64,000 bases of DNA from an uncultured Actinomycetes bacterium (GTDB taxonomy: Bacteria > Actinomycetota > Thermoleophilia > Gaiellales > Gaiellaceae). This document shows positions 54,625 to 63,027 of the stretch, in pieces. The translations under genes and the position numbers were made by a program. The first letter of the stretch is position 1. Every line of letters begins with the position of its first letter. The notes under the pieces are model-generated. The model was not told the origin of the DNA and searched no databases. It was given only the letters and a program-made list of their open reading frames with translations. The stretch is from the NCBI GenBank assembly GCA_963717025.1, contig CAVQVJ010000003.1, positions 964,969-1,028,968 of the forward strand, written 5' to 3'.

Positions 54625-55323
54625 ATGGCGATTCGAGTCGCCATTGCGGACGACAGCGCTTTGGTCCGGGAGGGGCTGCAGCAGCTCCTCGCCGCTCACC
54701 AGAGCATCGAGGTCGTGGCTGCGTGCGACGACATGCCGTCGCTCCTCCAGGCCGTGGAGACCGTCCAGCCCGACGTGGTGGTGAGCGACATTCGAATGCC
54801 GCCCTCGAGAACCGACGAGGGCATCCAGATTGCAGTCCGCCTCCGGCAGCTCCATCCTGACATCGGAGTGGTCATCCTCAGCCAGTACACGGAGCCGAGG
54901 TATGCGCTGAAGCTCTTCGAGAGCGGCTCCGAGGGGCGCGCATACCTGCTCAAGGAGCGCGTGCGTGACTCCGAGCAGCTCGTGGCAGTCATCGAGTCCG
55001 TCGCCACCGGTGGATCGGTCATCGATCCCAAGGTCGTCGACGTGCTCGTGACCGCCAGGGCTCGCCCCTCGCCCGCGCTCGCCAAGCTCACCCCACGCGA
55101 GCGGGACGTCCTTGCCGAGATCGCCCAGGGAAAGAGCAACACGGCAATCGCCAAGTCTCTCGTGCTCAGCAAACGAGCCGTCGAGAAGCACATCCACTCG
55201 ATCTTCTTCAAGCTCGGTCTTTCCGAGGCGGAGGACGTCAGCAAGCGCGTGAAAGCGGCCCTGCTCCTTCTCGCCGAGGAAGGCACGGATGTGGGCGAGA
55301 GGGGACGCTCAGCAGCAGGGTAA
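54625..55323 (+). CDS. NarL/FixJ-family response regulator (REC plus LuxR HTH)
   Basis: ATG 54625 (MAIRVAIADDSALVREGL...VVVSDIRMPP...). C-terminal LTPRERDVLAEIAQGKSNTAIAKSLVLSKRAVEKHIHSIF. Divergent from the kinase gene. Confidence 0.85.
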   Translation: MAIRVAIADDSALVREGLQQLLAAHQSIEVVAACDDMPSLLQAVETVQPDVVVSDIRMPPSRTDEGIQIAVRLRQLHPDIGVVILSQYTEPRYALKLFESGSEGRAYLLKERVRDSEQLVAVIESVATGGSVIDPKVVDVLVTARARPSPALAKLTPRERDVLAEIAQGKSNTAIAKSLVLSKRAVEKHIHSIFFKLGLSEAEDVSKRVKAALLLLAEEGTDVGERGRSAAG

Positions 55324-55356
55324 GTCCGGCGAGTGCTCGAGACGGCGACGCGCCTC

Positions 55357-55370
55357 TTCACCCAGGTGAA
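55357..55370. promoter_or_regulatory. Palindrome site 7: TTCACCCAGGTGAA
   Basis: 34 nt after the response-regulator stop and 62 nt before the ORF at 55432. GCGGGTGATGTG box at 55379..55390, an identical 12-mer to site 4. Confidence 0.6.
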
Positions 55371-55431
55371 AGGTGCTGGCGGGTGATGTGATGACGCCAG
55401 CGGGTGGGCGACACTGGGAAGCCGGAATCGA

Positions 55432-55863
55432 ATGAGGGATGGCTCTGCAATGTCCGTGACCGAGCCGAGTGAGACCGAGCCGACAGCGTCGGGCGAGGCT
55501 GAGCCCACCGAGTCGAGCACGGTCGAGACGACCGAGCTACGGCGGGATACGGGCGCAGGCGCATCCGAGGCTCCTGTGCCTACGTGGGTCTGGGTCGTCT
55601 TGGGCACGCTGGGAGTCGCGGTGGTTGCGGTGACGCTTGGCCTGCTCGTCGAGGCGCGCGACGCCTCGGCGAACGCGGAAGACGTCTCCGCCGAGGCCTC
55701 TCAGCTGTTGGACGACCTCGTCGCCGACGTCCAGACGACCAACGATGAGCTCAGCACGTTCAACGAGCAGTTCGCGTCCGCCGTCGCCTCCGCTCAGGCC
55801 GCGGCGGCGGAGGCGAAGCAGAAGCAGTCCGAGCGCTCGTCCTCTAACGAGCAGAGCCCATGA
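55432..55863 (+). CDS. Membrane-anchored coiled-coil protein (143 aa)
   Basis: Acidic N-terminus, TM helix WVWVVLGTLGVAVVAVTLGLLV, then a helical tail. The stop overlaps the next start (ATGA). The start could be the ATG at 55450. Confidence 0.55.
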   Translation: MRDGSAMSVTEPSETEPTASGEAEPTESSTVETTELRRDTGAGASEAPVPTWVWVVLGTLGVAVVAVTLGLLVEARDASANAEDVSAEASQLLDDLVADVQTTNDELSTFNEQFASAVASAQAAAAEAKQKQSERSSSNEQSP

Positions 55864-57902
55864 CGACGCCGGAGCACCGCACAGAGGCGGAGCCGGATGC
55901 GGTCTCCGAGGCGGGCGAGAGCGAGACGCTCGCGGAGTCTCCGACCACGCAGCCGGATGCCGAGGCGGAGTCGGACGTCGCACCCGAAGCAGGCGAGGAC
56001 GAGACACTCGTGGAGTCTCCGACCACGCAACCCGATGCGGAGGCGGATCCCGCCGCTGTCGCGGCGGAGGCTGGCCCTTCCGAGCCGGCGGGCGTCGTGT
56101 CTGTGGTCGAGCCAGCGACGCCGGAGGAGGTTCCGACCACGCGGCGTCGGGCACGGGCACCCGCCTGGGCGTGGGTCGCGATCACGATCATGGCGCTGCT
56201 GCTCGCGTCAGGCCTGACCACGCTGGCAGTCGCACGCAACGCCGACCCGAGCACACCGGCGGCCGTCGAGGACGTCCAGACGCTGGTCGTCGAGCTCGAG
56301 GCGTTGAACGGCTACCTGGCGACGACGAACCAGCTGATGTCGGACGCGATCACGAACGCCGAGTACATGAGCGCGAATGTGCAGGCCAAGCTCGCGGGCA
56401 TGTCGGCACAGCTCGGCGACGTCGAAGCCGGCGTCGGACAGGCGCGCTCGCTCCTCGGCAGCCAGCTCTCCGGGGCGACGCGCTCGGACCTCGGCAACGG
56501 TCAGGAGCGACTCCAGTCTCTCCAGCGGACTCTCGCGCAGGAGAGCGGCCGGCTCGCGGAGCAGCAGCTCGAAGCAATCAGCCGCGACATCGCTGCGATC
56601 GGAGACGCGGTCGGGGTCGCAACGAGCCAGGGCGCGAGTCGCGCGAGCGATGTCGAGGCTCGGATCCAGGCGCTCGAGGGCAACCGGGTCGATACCGACG
56701 AGCTCAGGATCCAGGCAGCGGAGGCCAGGGCCGAGATTGCGGCGCTCAGGGCCGAGGCCGCGGACCTCAGGGCGACCGCTCAAGCCCAGCGGGAGCGTGC
56801 GCAAGCCTTCTTCGCTCAGCTCCGCGGAGCTGAAGCGGGCCCAGGCGGCACTCCGGCGGCTCGTCGACAGGTTGAGCTCGAGGCCGTAGTCCTGGCCGAG
56901 GACCCGCGACTGATGCGAGGCGGGGCGTCACCGAAGACGGAGCATGCCGCCCCGTCCGACACGACTGGGCCGCCTCCTGCTCGAGGCATGCGCTGGATCC
57001 CGGGCGGGACGTTCGCGATGGGGTCCGAGGACTTCTACCCCGAGGAACGCCCGGTCCGTCGCGTCTCGGTCGACGGCTTCTGGATGGACGAGACACCGGT
57101 GACCGCGGCGCAGTTCCGCCGCTTCGTTCGCGAGACGAGGTACGCGACGCTCGCTGAGCGCCCGCTCGACGGGGCCCTCTATCCAGACGCGGATCCGGGC
57201 CTCGTCGTTCCCGGCTCGCTCGTGTTCCGCAAGAGCTCAGGCCCGGTCGACCTGAACGACTACCGCAACTGGTGGGAGTACGTGCCGGGCGCGTACTGGA
57301 AGCGGCCGGGCGGGAAAGGAACGACGATCAACGGCCGCGATACGCATCCCGTGGTCCACATCGCGTACGAGGATGCCGAGGCGTACGCGACGTGGGCGGG
57401 GAAGGAGCTGCCGAGCGAGGCGGAGTGGGAGCTCGCAGCCCGTGGAGGGCTCGAGGGCGCTGTGTTCGCTTGGGGAGACGAGCACTTTCCCGAGGGCAAG
57501 GCGATGGCGAACGCATGGCAAGGCGAGTTTCCCTGGCAGAACGTGAAGCTCGACGGCCATGAGGGGACCTCCCCGGTCGGCAGCTTTTCGCCGAACGGAT
57601 ACGGCCTCTTCGATGTGACCGGGAACGTCTGGGAGTGGACCTGCGACTGGTTCACGTCCCGCCGCCCGGACGAGGTGGAGAGCCCGTGCTGCGTGCCGCG
57701 AAACCCGCAGGTCGGGTCGCCCGAGCTCCGACCGGGAGAGACGATCCCGCGTCGCGTCATCAAGGGCGGCTCACATCTCTGCGCGCCGAACTACTGCCTC
57801 CGCGATCGGCCGGCCGCGCGACAAGGGCAGGCGATCGACTCCTCGACCACCCACCTCGGCTTCCGTTGCATCGTGCGCCTAGCCGAGGCGGTTTCCGGTT
57901 GA
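55860..57902 (+). CDS. Fusion: acidic repeat region plus TM helix plus long coiled coil plus C-terminal formylglycine-generating enzyme (FGE/SUMF1) domain
   Basis: 680 aa. The C-terminal roughly 300 aa have FGE motifs (MRWIPGGTFAMGS, RPVRRVSVDGFWMDETPVT, AEAYATWAGKELPSEAEWE, GNVWEWTCDW, IKGGSHLCAPNYC). TM helix WAWVAITIMALLLASGL near residue 100. Confidence 0.8.
   Translation: MTTPEHRTEAEPDAVSEAGESETLAESPTTQPDAEAESDVAPEAGEDETLVESPTTQPDAEADPAAVAAEAGPSEPAGVVSVVEPATPEEVPTTRRRARAPAWAWVAITIMALLLASGLTTLAVARNADPSTPAAVEDVQTLVVELEALNGYLATTNQLMSDAITNAEYMSANVQAKLAGMSAQLGDVEAGVGQARSLLGSQLSGATRSDLGNGQERLQSLQRTLAQESGRLAEQQLEAISRDIAAIGDAVGVATSQGASRASDVEARIQALEGNRVDTDELRIQAAEARAEIAALRAEAADLRATAQAQRERAQAFFAQLRGAEAGPGGTPAARRQVELEAVVLAEDPRLMRGGASPKTEHAAPSDTTGPPPARGMRWIPGGTFAMGSEDFYPEERPVRRVSVDGFWMDETPVTAAQFRRFVRETRYATLAERPLDGALYPDADPGLVVPGSLVFRKSSGPVDLNDYRNWWEYVPGAYWKRPGGKGTTINGRDTHPVVHIAYEDAEAYATWAGKELPSEAEWELAARGGLEGAVFAWGDEHFPEGKAMANAWQGEFPWQNVKLDGHEGTSPVGSFSPNGYGLFDVTGNVWEWTCDWFTSRRPDEVESPCCVPRNPQVGSPELRPGETIPRRVIKGGSHLCAPNYCLRDRPAARQGQAIDSSTTHLGFRCIVRLAEAVSG
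55884..56085 (+). repeat. In-frame 78-bp tandem repeat, about 2.6 copies
   Basis: Units start at 55884, 55962 and 56040 (GAGGCGGAG/T...). They encode EAEPDAVSEAGESETLAESPTTQPDA / EAESDVAPEAGEDETLVESPTTQPDA / EADPAAVAAEAGPSE. Confidence 0.8.
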
Positions 57903-58100
57903 TCAAGAGAGGGTGGCCGCGGGAGAGTCGAAGCAGCCTGCAAATCGGCATCTTTTCTCCGCGGGGGACAGCACGGGGACAGCACCGGGCGGTCACGTCC
58001 GTGTGATCCCCGAACGGCGGAATCAACGGGTTACATTCGTCCAAGACGCCCGCCTTCGGAGCGTCCTATTCTCGTCGTGACCGCTTACTAGGAGGACGAG

Positions 58101-58565
58101 ATGAACGCGATTCCCCTTCCTGAGCTGCGCCAGAATGGAACAAGTGACCCCGGGAGGGAGCCGATCATGACTCAATGGGGAGTGATCCCGTCGATCCGCG
58201 TTCGGGACATGGCAGAAGCCCTCGCCTTCTACCGCGGGAAGCTCGAGTTCACGCTCGACAGCGGCGGTGATGAGGAGAGCAACTCGTCACTCACGCGCGG
58301 AGACGCGCACCTGATGATCGAGACGGCGGCGGATCACTACGGCGACGAGTACAACGCTGCGATCAGGGAACGCCTGGGGACACCCTCGTGCATCGCCCTG
58401 TACATGGAAGCCTCAGATCTCGCCGCCTTTTGCTCCAGGCTCGAAGCCGCAGGCGTCCGGATCGTCGATCCGCTCGCCACACGGCCATGGGGTCAGGACG
58501 AGTTCACCGTCGAGGATCACGAGGGCAATTGGCTGACCTTCTGGAAGAAGACGGTGCCCGCCTAA
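58101..58565 (+). CDS. Glyoxalase/bleomycin-resistance (VOC) family protein
   Basis: 154 aa. TAGGAGGACGAG RBS. IPSIRVRDMAEALAFYRGKLEF... and ...RPWGQDEFTVEDHEGNWLTFW. Confidence 0.75.
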   Translation: MNAIPLPELRQNGTSDPGREPIMTQWGVIPSIRVRDMAEALAFYRGKLEFTLDSGGDEESNSSLTRGDAHLMIETAADHYGDEYNAAIRERLGTPSCIALYMEASDLAAFCSRLEAAGVRIVDPLATRPWGQDEFTVEDHEGNWLTFWKKTVPA

Positions 58566-58580
58566 CGACAACGGTCGATA

Positions 58581-58652
58581 TGGCCCCGGGAGGAGTCGAA
58601 CCTCCGCACGCAGATTCGAAGTCTGCCGCTCTATCCACTGAGCTACGGGGCC
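58581..58652 (-). tRNA. tRNA-Arg (anticodon TCG)
   Basis: Reverse complement: ggccccg-ta-gctcagtggatagagc-g-gcaga-cTTCGaa-tctgc-gtgc-ggagg-ttcgact-cctcc-cggggcc-a. Cloverleaf read by eye. Confidence 0.85.
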
Positions 58653-59581
58653 GGGTCCCGCACGGTAGCGCGCCGGCGGAGCCATCGCCGCCTGCGACGG
58701 CGGGCTGAGCGAGGCGCTTCGCGGAAGGCCTCGCGGATCGAGCTCGAGCGCCCCTTCGCGAACGCGCACACGGCCACCGCGCCGTAGAACCCGAGCCGCG
58801 GAGTCATCGAGCAGCAGCCGGGGCAGCGGCAGCCGGGCGCGCCGGCGGAGTTGAGCTCGTCGGCGTAGATCCTCGGGACCCAGCGCGGCCCTCCCCAGCG
58901 AAGGTCGAACGCGAACGAACGGATGACGTGCGCCCAGATCAGCCAGGCCGTCCAGCGCGCGACGCCGTAGAAGAACGATGCGCGGTAGAGCGCGACGAGC
59001 GTCGTCTCGGAGAGGTAGCGGCCCGCCCAGCGCCAGAAGGGGTCGGCGGCCATGATCGTCTCGCGGAAGTAGCCGCGCGTCAGCACGCGCCAGCTCAGGA
59101 TGGCCCACACGACGAACACGCCGTCCCAGACGAAGCCGAGCCCGCTGAAGTACGCGCCGGCGTCGACGTAGCGCCCGGTCTGACCCGCGTAGGCCCACGC
59201 GCCGATCGAGAACAGGTGGTCGGTGAACGGGAAGAAGAGCATCGTCCCGACCGTGTCTCCCGTGTCCGTCAGCGCGTGGGCCCACTGGCCGATCGTGAAG
59301 CTGTACGCGACGACTTTGTTCCCGAAGACCAGGTAGAGCAGGAGACCTACGACGACGCCGAACGTGAGCGAGTGCGTGAAGCCCACGCCCGGCCAGCCGC
59401 GATGGAACTGCGCTGGCTCGTCCGCCTTGACCTCGACGCCTGCGAGGCCGACTCCGTAGACGAACCACTTCGAGAGGACGTCGGGCGCGTACGAGCCGAT
59501 GAGCAGCGGGACGAACGCGACCTTCTTCCCGAGGTGCTTCTGGATGACGTAGGGCTCGAGGTCGTGCGCGGCCCAGCTCAT
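58643..59581 (-). CDS. Membrane-bound metal-dependent hydrolase-like protein (DUF457/YdjM-like, tentative)
   Basis: ATG 59581 (MSWAAHDLEPYVIQKHLG...). Polytopic, His/Asp-containing loops (WAHALTDTGD). The Arg-rich C-terminal tail runs 10 nt into the tRNA-Arg gene. Confidence 0.55.
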   Translation of the reverse strand: MSWAAHDLEPYVIQKHLGKKVAFVPLLIGSYAPDVLSKWFVYGVGLAGVEVKADEPAQFHRGWPGVGFTHSLTFGVVVGLLLYLVFGNKVVAYSFTIGQWAHALTDTGDTVGTMLFFPFTDHLFSIGAWAYAGQTGRYVDAGAYFSGLGFVWDGVFVVWAILSWRVLTRGYFRETIMAADPFWRWAGRYLSETTLVALYRASFFYGVARWTAWLIWAHVIRSFAFDLRWGGPRWVPRIYADELNSAGAPGCRCPGCCSMTPRLGFYGAVAVCAFAKGRSSSIREAFREAPRSARRRRRRWLRRRATVRDPAP

Positions 59582-59784
59582 CTGCGCGCTAGGCGGACGA
59601 GCGCGGGGAGGACGACGACGCAGGCGAGCAGGTATCCGGCCGCGACCACCCACGAGAAGAGGAACTCGGGAAAGGTGACGCCGACAGCGACGTAGACCAC
59701 TCCGGCGGCGACGTAGAGGGCCAGCTCACGCCAGCCGCCGGCGAGTGCGTCTCGGAGGGACGACGGCGATCCGTCAGCTCGCAC
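59578..59784 (-). CDS. Small two-TM membrane protein (68 aa)
   Basis: GTG 59784. Sequence: ...WRELALYVAAGVVYVAVGVTFPEFLFSWVVAAGYLLACVVVLPALVRLARR. The stop overlaps the downstream ATG (ATGA). Confidence 0.45.
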   Translation of the reverse strand: MRADGSPSSLRDALAGGWRELALYVAAGVVYVAVGVTFPEFLFSWVVAAGYLLACVVVLPALVRLARR

Positions 59785-59859
59785 GGGTGCGCAGTATGAA
59801 CTTTCCCCTAGACGCGGGGTGCGGTCCGGTCCGTCCGACGGCGGTCCTACCCTCGCGCC

Positions 59860-60099
59860 ATGACGCTCGGAATCGTGGTGTTCGGCGCCGCGTTCCTCGT
59901 CGGGCTCGGGCTCGGCACCTACACCCGCCGGCCCCTCTCGACCGCGTTCCTCGTCCTCGGCAGCTTCTGCGCTCTGCTCACGCTGTCGACGACCGGGGAC
60001 GTGTACGCGGCTGCCGCAACCCTCGCCATCGTGTTCCTGCTCGGCCTGGTCGTGGATAGCGTGCGCGAGACCTTCGCGCTGCTCGTCGGGCGCTACTAA
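59860..60099 (+). CDS. Small membrane protein (79 aa, 3 TM)
   Basis: High GC3, hydrophobic throughout. Followed by the hairpin GGGCGAGG-caag-CCTCGCCC at about 60121..60140. Confidence 0.55.
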   Translation: MTLGIVVFGAAFLVGLGLGTYTRRPLSTAFLVLGSFCALLTLSTTGDVYAAAATLAIVFLLGLVVDSVRETFALLVGRY

Positions 60100-60157
60100 C
60101 GCGCGCCGTCGCCGCGGCCGAGGGCGAGGCAAGCCTCGCCCCTACAATTCGACCCCC

Positions 60158-60243
60158 GCGGGCGTGGCGGAACTGGCAGACGCGACGGGTTTAGGTCCCG
60201 TTGGGCCGCGAGGCCCTTGGAGGTTCGAGTCCTCCCGCCCGCA
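60158..60243 (+). tRNA. tRNA-Leu (anticodon TAG), long variable arm
   Basis: Acceptor gcgggcg/cgcccgc plus A. Anticodon stem acggg/cccgt with loop ttTAGgt. Variable stem-loop gggccgcgaggccc. T-arm ggagg-ttcgagt-cctcc. Confidence 0.9.
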
Positions 60244-60329
60244 TCTGCGCAAGTTCGGAAACTCGCTAGCGCGAGTTTCCGATCGCGCGAACACGCAAGA
60301 CCCCTTCATGGGGTGCCCGAACAGCTCAG

Positions 60330-61504
60330 CTATTCGGGGTGTGAAGTCGGCTGGTTGTCACGGAAGCGCGACATCCGGAGGAAGCCGATGTCGTGCCTCG
60401 TTTCGCCGTCCACTACGAGGTCGGCGAGAATTTCTCCGACGACAGAGCAGAACTTGAAGCCGTGCCCGGAGAAGCCGGCGCCGAGGACGGCGAGCTCGGA
60501 CTCGGGGTGGCTGTCGACGAGGAAGTGCTCGTCCGGGGAGAGCTCGAAAAGGCACGCCTTGACGTCGAGCGTCGGCCCGGCGCCGTCCGGGAAGTAGCGC
60601 TCGACGAACCGGCGCAGCGGCGCTTCGTCCGACGGGGGACACGTCGCGCGGGATCGAGTCCGGGTCGCCCGTCACCCCGTCGTGGTCGTAGAAGCCGACC
60701 TTGAAACCGGGCACTCCGTGAACCGGGAAGCCGTACAGGTGCCCCTCCTCGAGCGCGACGTTGAAGACCGGGAAACGGTCGGGCGCAAAGAGCTCGGGCC
60801 GAAGCGGCTCCAGCCACACGAGCACCTGCCTCTGCGCGAGGACCAGCCCGGGCGGAAGCCGCGCGACCTCCTGTGAGTACGCGCCCGCGGTGAGCACGAG
60901 GCGCTCGGCCTCGACGGTTGCGCGGTCGGTTCGCACGCGCACGCCGTTCTCGCCTGCCGACCACTCGAGCACGCGCTCCCCGGTCCGCAACTCCGCCCCG
61001 CGGGCGAGCGCGCCGTTCACGTGAGCCTCGATGCAGCGCTCGGGAAGCAGGAAGCCTCCGTCCCGCTGGAACACGAGCGGGAGCTCCGGCGGCAGGCGGA
61101 AGGCGGGGAACCGGCGGGCCGCCTCGGCTCCGTCGAGCTCCTCGTACGGAAGGCCGTGCTCGACGCTCGAGCGAACGGCGCCCTCGAAGATCCGCGGCCC
61201 GCCCTCGAGCGCGCCGGTGACGAAGAGGAGCTGCTCGCCCGACTTCGGCCTCGAGCTCGCGCCAGAGCTCGTACGCCCGGAGGACGAGCGGGACGTAGCT
61301 CGGGTGCTCGAAGTAGGCCTGGCGGATGATCCGCGTGAGCCCGTGCGACGAGCCCCGCTCGTTCGGGACGTCGAAGCGCTCGAGCCCGAGCACGCGCTTG
61401 CCCCGGCGGGCGAGGTGATACAGCGCGGCGCTCCCCATGCCGCCGACTCCGACGACGACGACGTCGTAGCGCTCACTCACTCGCGCGATCCTACGCGGCT
61501 CCAT
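60330..61504 (-). pseudogene. Monomeric sarcosine oxidase / N-methyltryptophan oxidase-like FAD enzyme, disrupted by two +1 frameshifts
   Basis: Three consecutive reading frames carry collinear pieces of one protein. Frame A is ...[33 protein letters not shown]...[10 protein letters not shown]. Frame B is [12 protein letters not shown]...[18 protein letters not shown]. Frame C (own translation) is [71 protein letters not shown]. The frame switches fall at a C3 run (61238..61240) and a G5 run (60634..60638). Confidence 0.75.
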
Positions 61505-61541
61505 CCGGCGCGACCCTGCGTCAGGCTGGTTGAATGGCCGC

Positions 61542-62897
61542 GTGTCCGCGACCGCACTCGAAGAGCTCGGCGAGAACCGCGTCCGGCTGACCGTCGAGGT
61601 CACGCCGGAGCAGGTGAAGCACGCGGTCGACCACGCGATGTCCGACCTCTCGGAGAGCGTCAAGATCCCGGGCTTTCGCCAGGGCAAGATCCCGACTCCC
61701 GTCCTCGTCTCGCGCCTCGGCAAGGAGCGGATCTACGGGGAGGCCGTGGACAGCCACATCGGCGGCTGGTTCTGGAGCGCCGCGTCGCGGAGCCGCATCC
61801 GGCCCGTCGCCGATCCGCAGTTCGAGTACGAGCTGCCGGCGAGCGCGGACGACCGCTGGAGCTTCGCCGCGACCGTCGACGTGCAGCCGCTCCCGGAGCT
61901 CGTCGACTGGACCGAGCTCGAGGTCGCACGGACCGAGGCCGAGATTCCGGCCGAGGCGATCGACGCCGAGATCGAGGCGCTGCGCGAGTCGGTCGCGGAG
62001 CTGGCTCCGGCGAACGGCCGCCCCGCGCGCGACGGCGACACGCTCGTGGTCGACGTCGTCGACTCCGATGGCGAGGCCCAGCGGGACACGATCGTCGAGC
62101 TCGGCGCGGGCCGGCTGGCTCCTGAGCTCGAGCAGGCGCTCGTCGGTGCGTCCGTCGGTGAGACGAAGGAGGTCTCCTTCGCCCAGCCCGACGGCACGAG
62201 CGCGAGCGTCGAGGTCACGGTGCGGGAAGTACAGGAGAAGCATTTGCCGCCGCTCGACGACGAGCTCGCTCGCGCCGCGAGCGAGTTCGACACACTCGAC
62301 GAGCTGCGCAGCTCGATCGCCGGCACGCTCGGCGCCCAGCTCGACGCCGAGATCGACGCGGCCTATCGCATCGCTGCGGTCGACGAGCTCGTGCGCGCGT
62401 CGGTAGTCCAGCCCGCGCTCGCGCTCGTGCGCACGCGCGCCGGCGACCTGCTGACCGGGTTCGCGCGCTCGCTCGAACGCCGCGGGGTCTCGGTCGAGAC
62501 ATATCTCGCCGCGAGCGGGACGAGCGCCGAAGACCTCCAGCGTCAGTTCGTGCTCGAGGCCGCGGTGTCCGTCGCGCGCGAGCTCGCCCTCGAGGCGCTC
62601 GCGGAGCAGGCGGGCATCGACGTCTCCGACGACGAGATCCGCGCGTACCTGCGCGAGGAGGCGGAGTCCGCCGGCGAGGACCCCGACGCGCTCGTCGAGG
62701 ACGTCTTCGCGCACGGGCAGCAGGAGTCGATCCGCGCGGATCTCCTTCTGCGCGCAGCTCTCGACCGCCTCGTCGCGGACGTCAAGCCGATCGCCCCCGA
62801 CCTCGCGGCCGCGCGAGACAAGCTGTGGACCCCTGACAAGGAGAAGCCCGAGGGCGAGACGAAGTTGTGGACCCCCGGCAGCAAGGAGCCTGCATGA
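61542..62897 (+). CDS. tig: Trigger factor
   Basis: VRLTVEV...[17 protein letters not shown]-terminal ribosome-binding motif. Position upstream of clpP-clpX. GTG 61542 is chosen as the start (the track starts at 61530). Confidence 0.9.
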   Translation: MSATALEELGENRVRLTVEVTPEQVKHAVDHAMSDLSESVKIPGFRQGKIPTPVLVSRLGKERIYGEAVDSHIGGWFWSAASRSRIRPVADPQFEYELPASADDRWSFAATVDVQPLPELVDWTELEVARTEAEIPAEAIDAEIEALRESVAELAPANGRPARDGDTLVVDVVDSDGEAQRDTIVELGAGRLAPELEQALVGASVGETKEVSFAQPDGTSASVEVTVREVQEKHLPPLDDELARAASEFDTLDELRSSIAGTLGAQLDAEIDAAYRIAAVDELVRASVVQPALALVRTRAGDLLTGFARSLERRGVSVETYLAASGTSAEDLQRQFVLEAAVSVARELALEALAEQAGIDVSDDEIRAYLREEAESAGEDPDALVEDVFAHGQQESIRADLLLRAALDRLVADVKPIAPDLAAARDKLWTPDKEKPEGETKLWTPGSKEPA

Positions 62898-62923
62898 GCA
62901 TCGTTCGCTTTCAGCAAACGATC

Positions 62924-62994
62924 GCGGGGGAAACCATGTTTCCCCCGCGTTCCCCCTTCTTCCTGAAGACGTGGGGAACCTCACGGTTCCCCAC
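62924..62994 (+). terminator. Two tandem perfect GC-rich hairpins between tig and clpP
   Basis: GCGGGGGAAAC-cat-GTTTCCCCCGC (62924..62948) and GTGGGGAACC-tcac-GGTTCCCCAC (62971..62994). The arms share a GGGGAA / TTCCCC core. Confidence 0.5.
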
Positions 62995-63027
62995 ACCCCT
63001 CCACGCTCATAGGCCGGAGACCGACCT

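Noticed and set aside
55884-56085. The tandem 78-bp repeats as a possible CRISPR-like or other non-coding repeat array
   Set aside because: The units are directly adjacent, with no spacers, and in frame inside a long ORF with a recognisable C-terminal domain. They are a coding tandem repeat.
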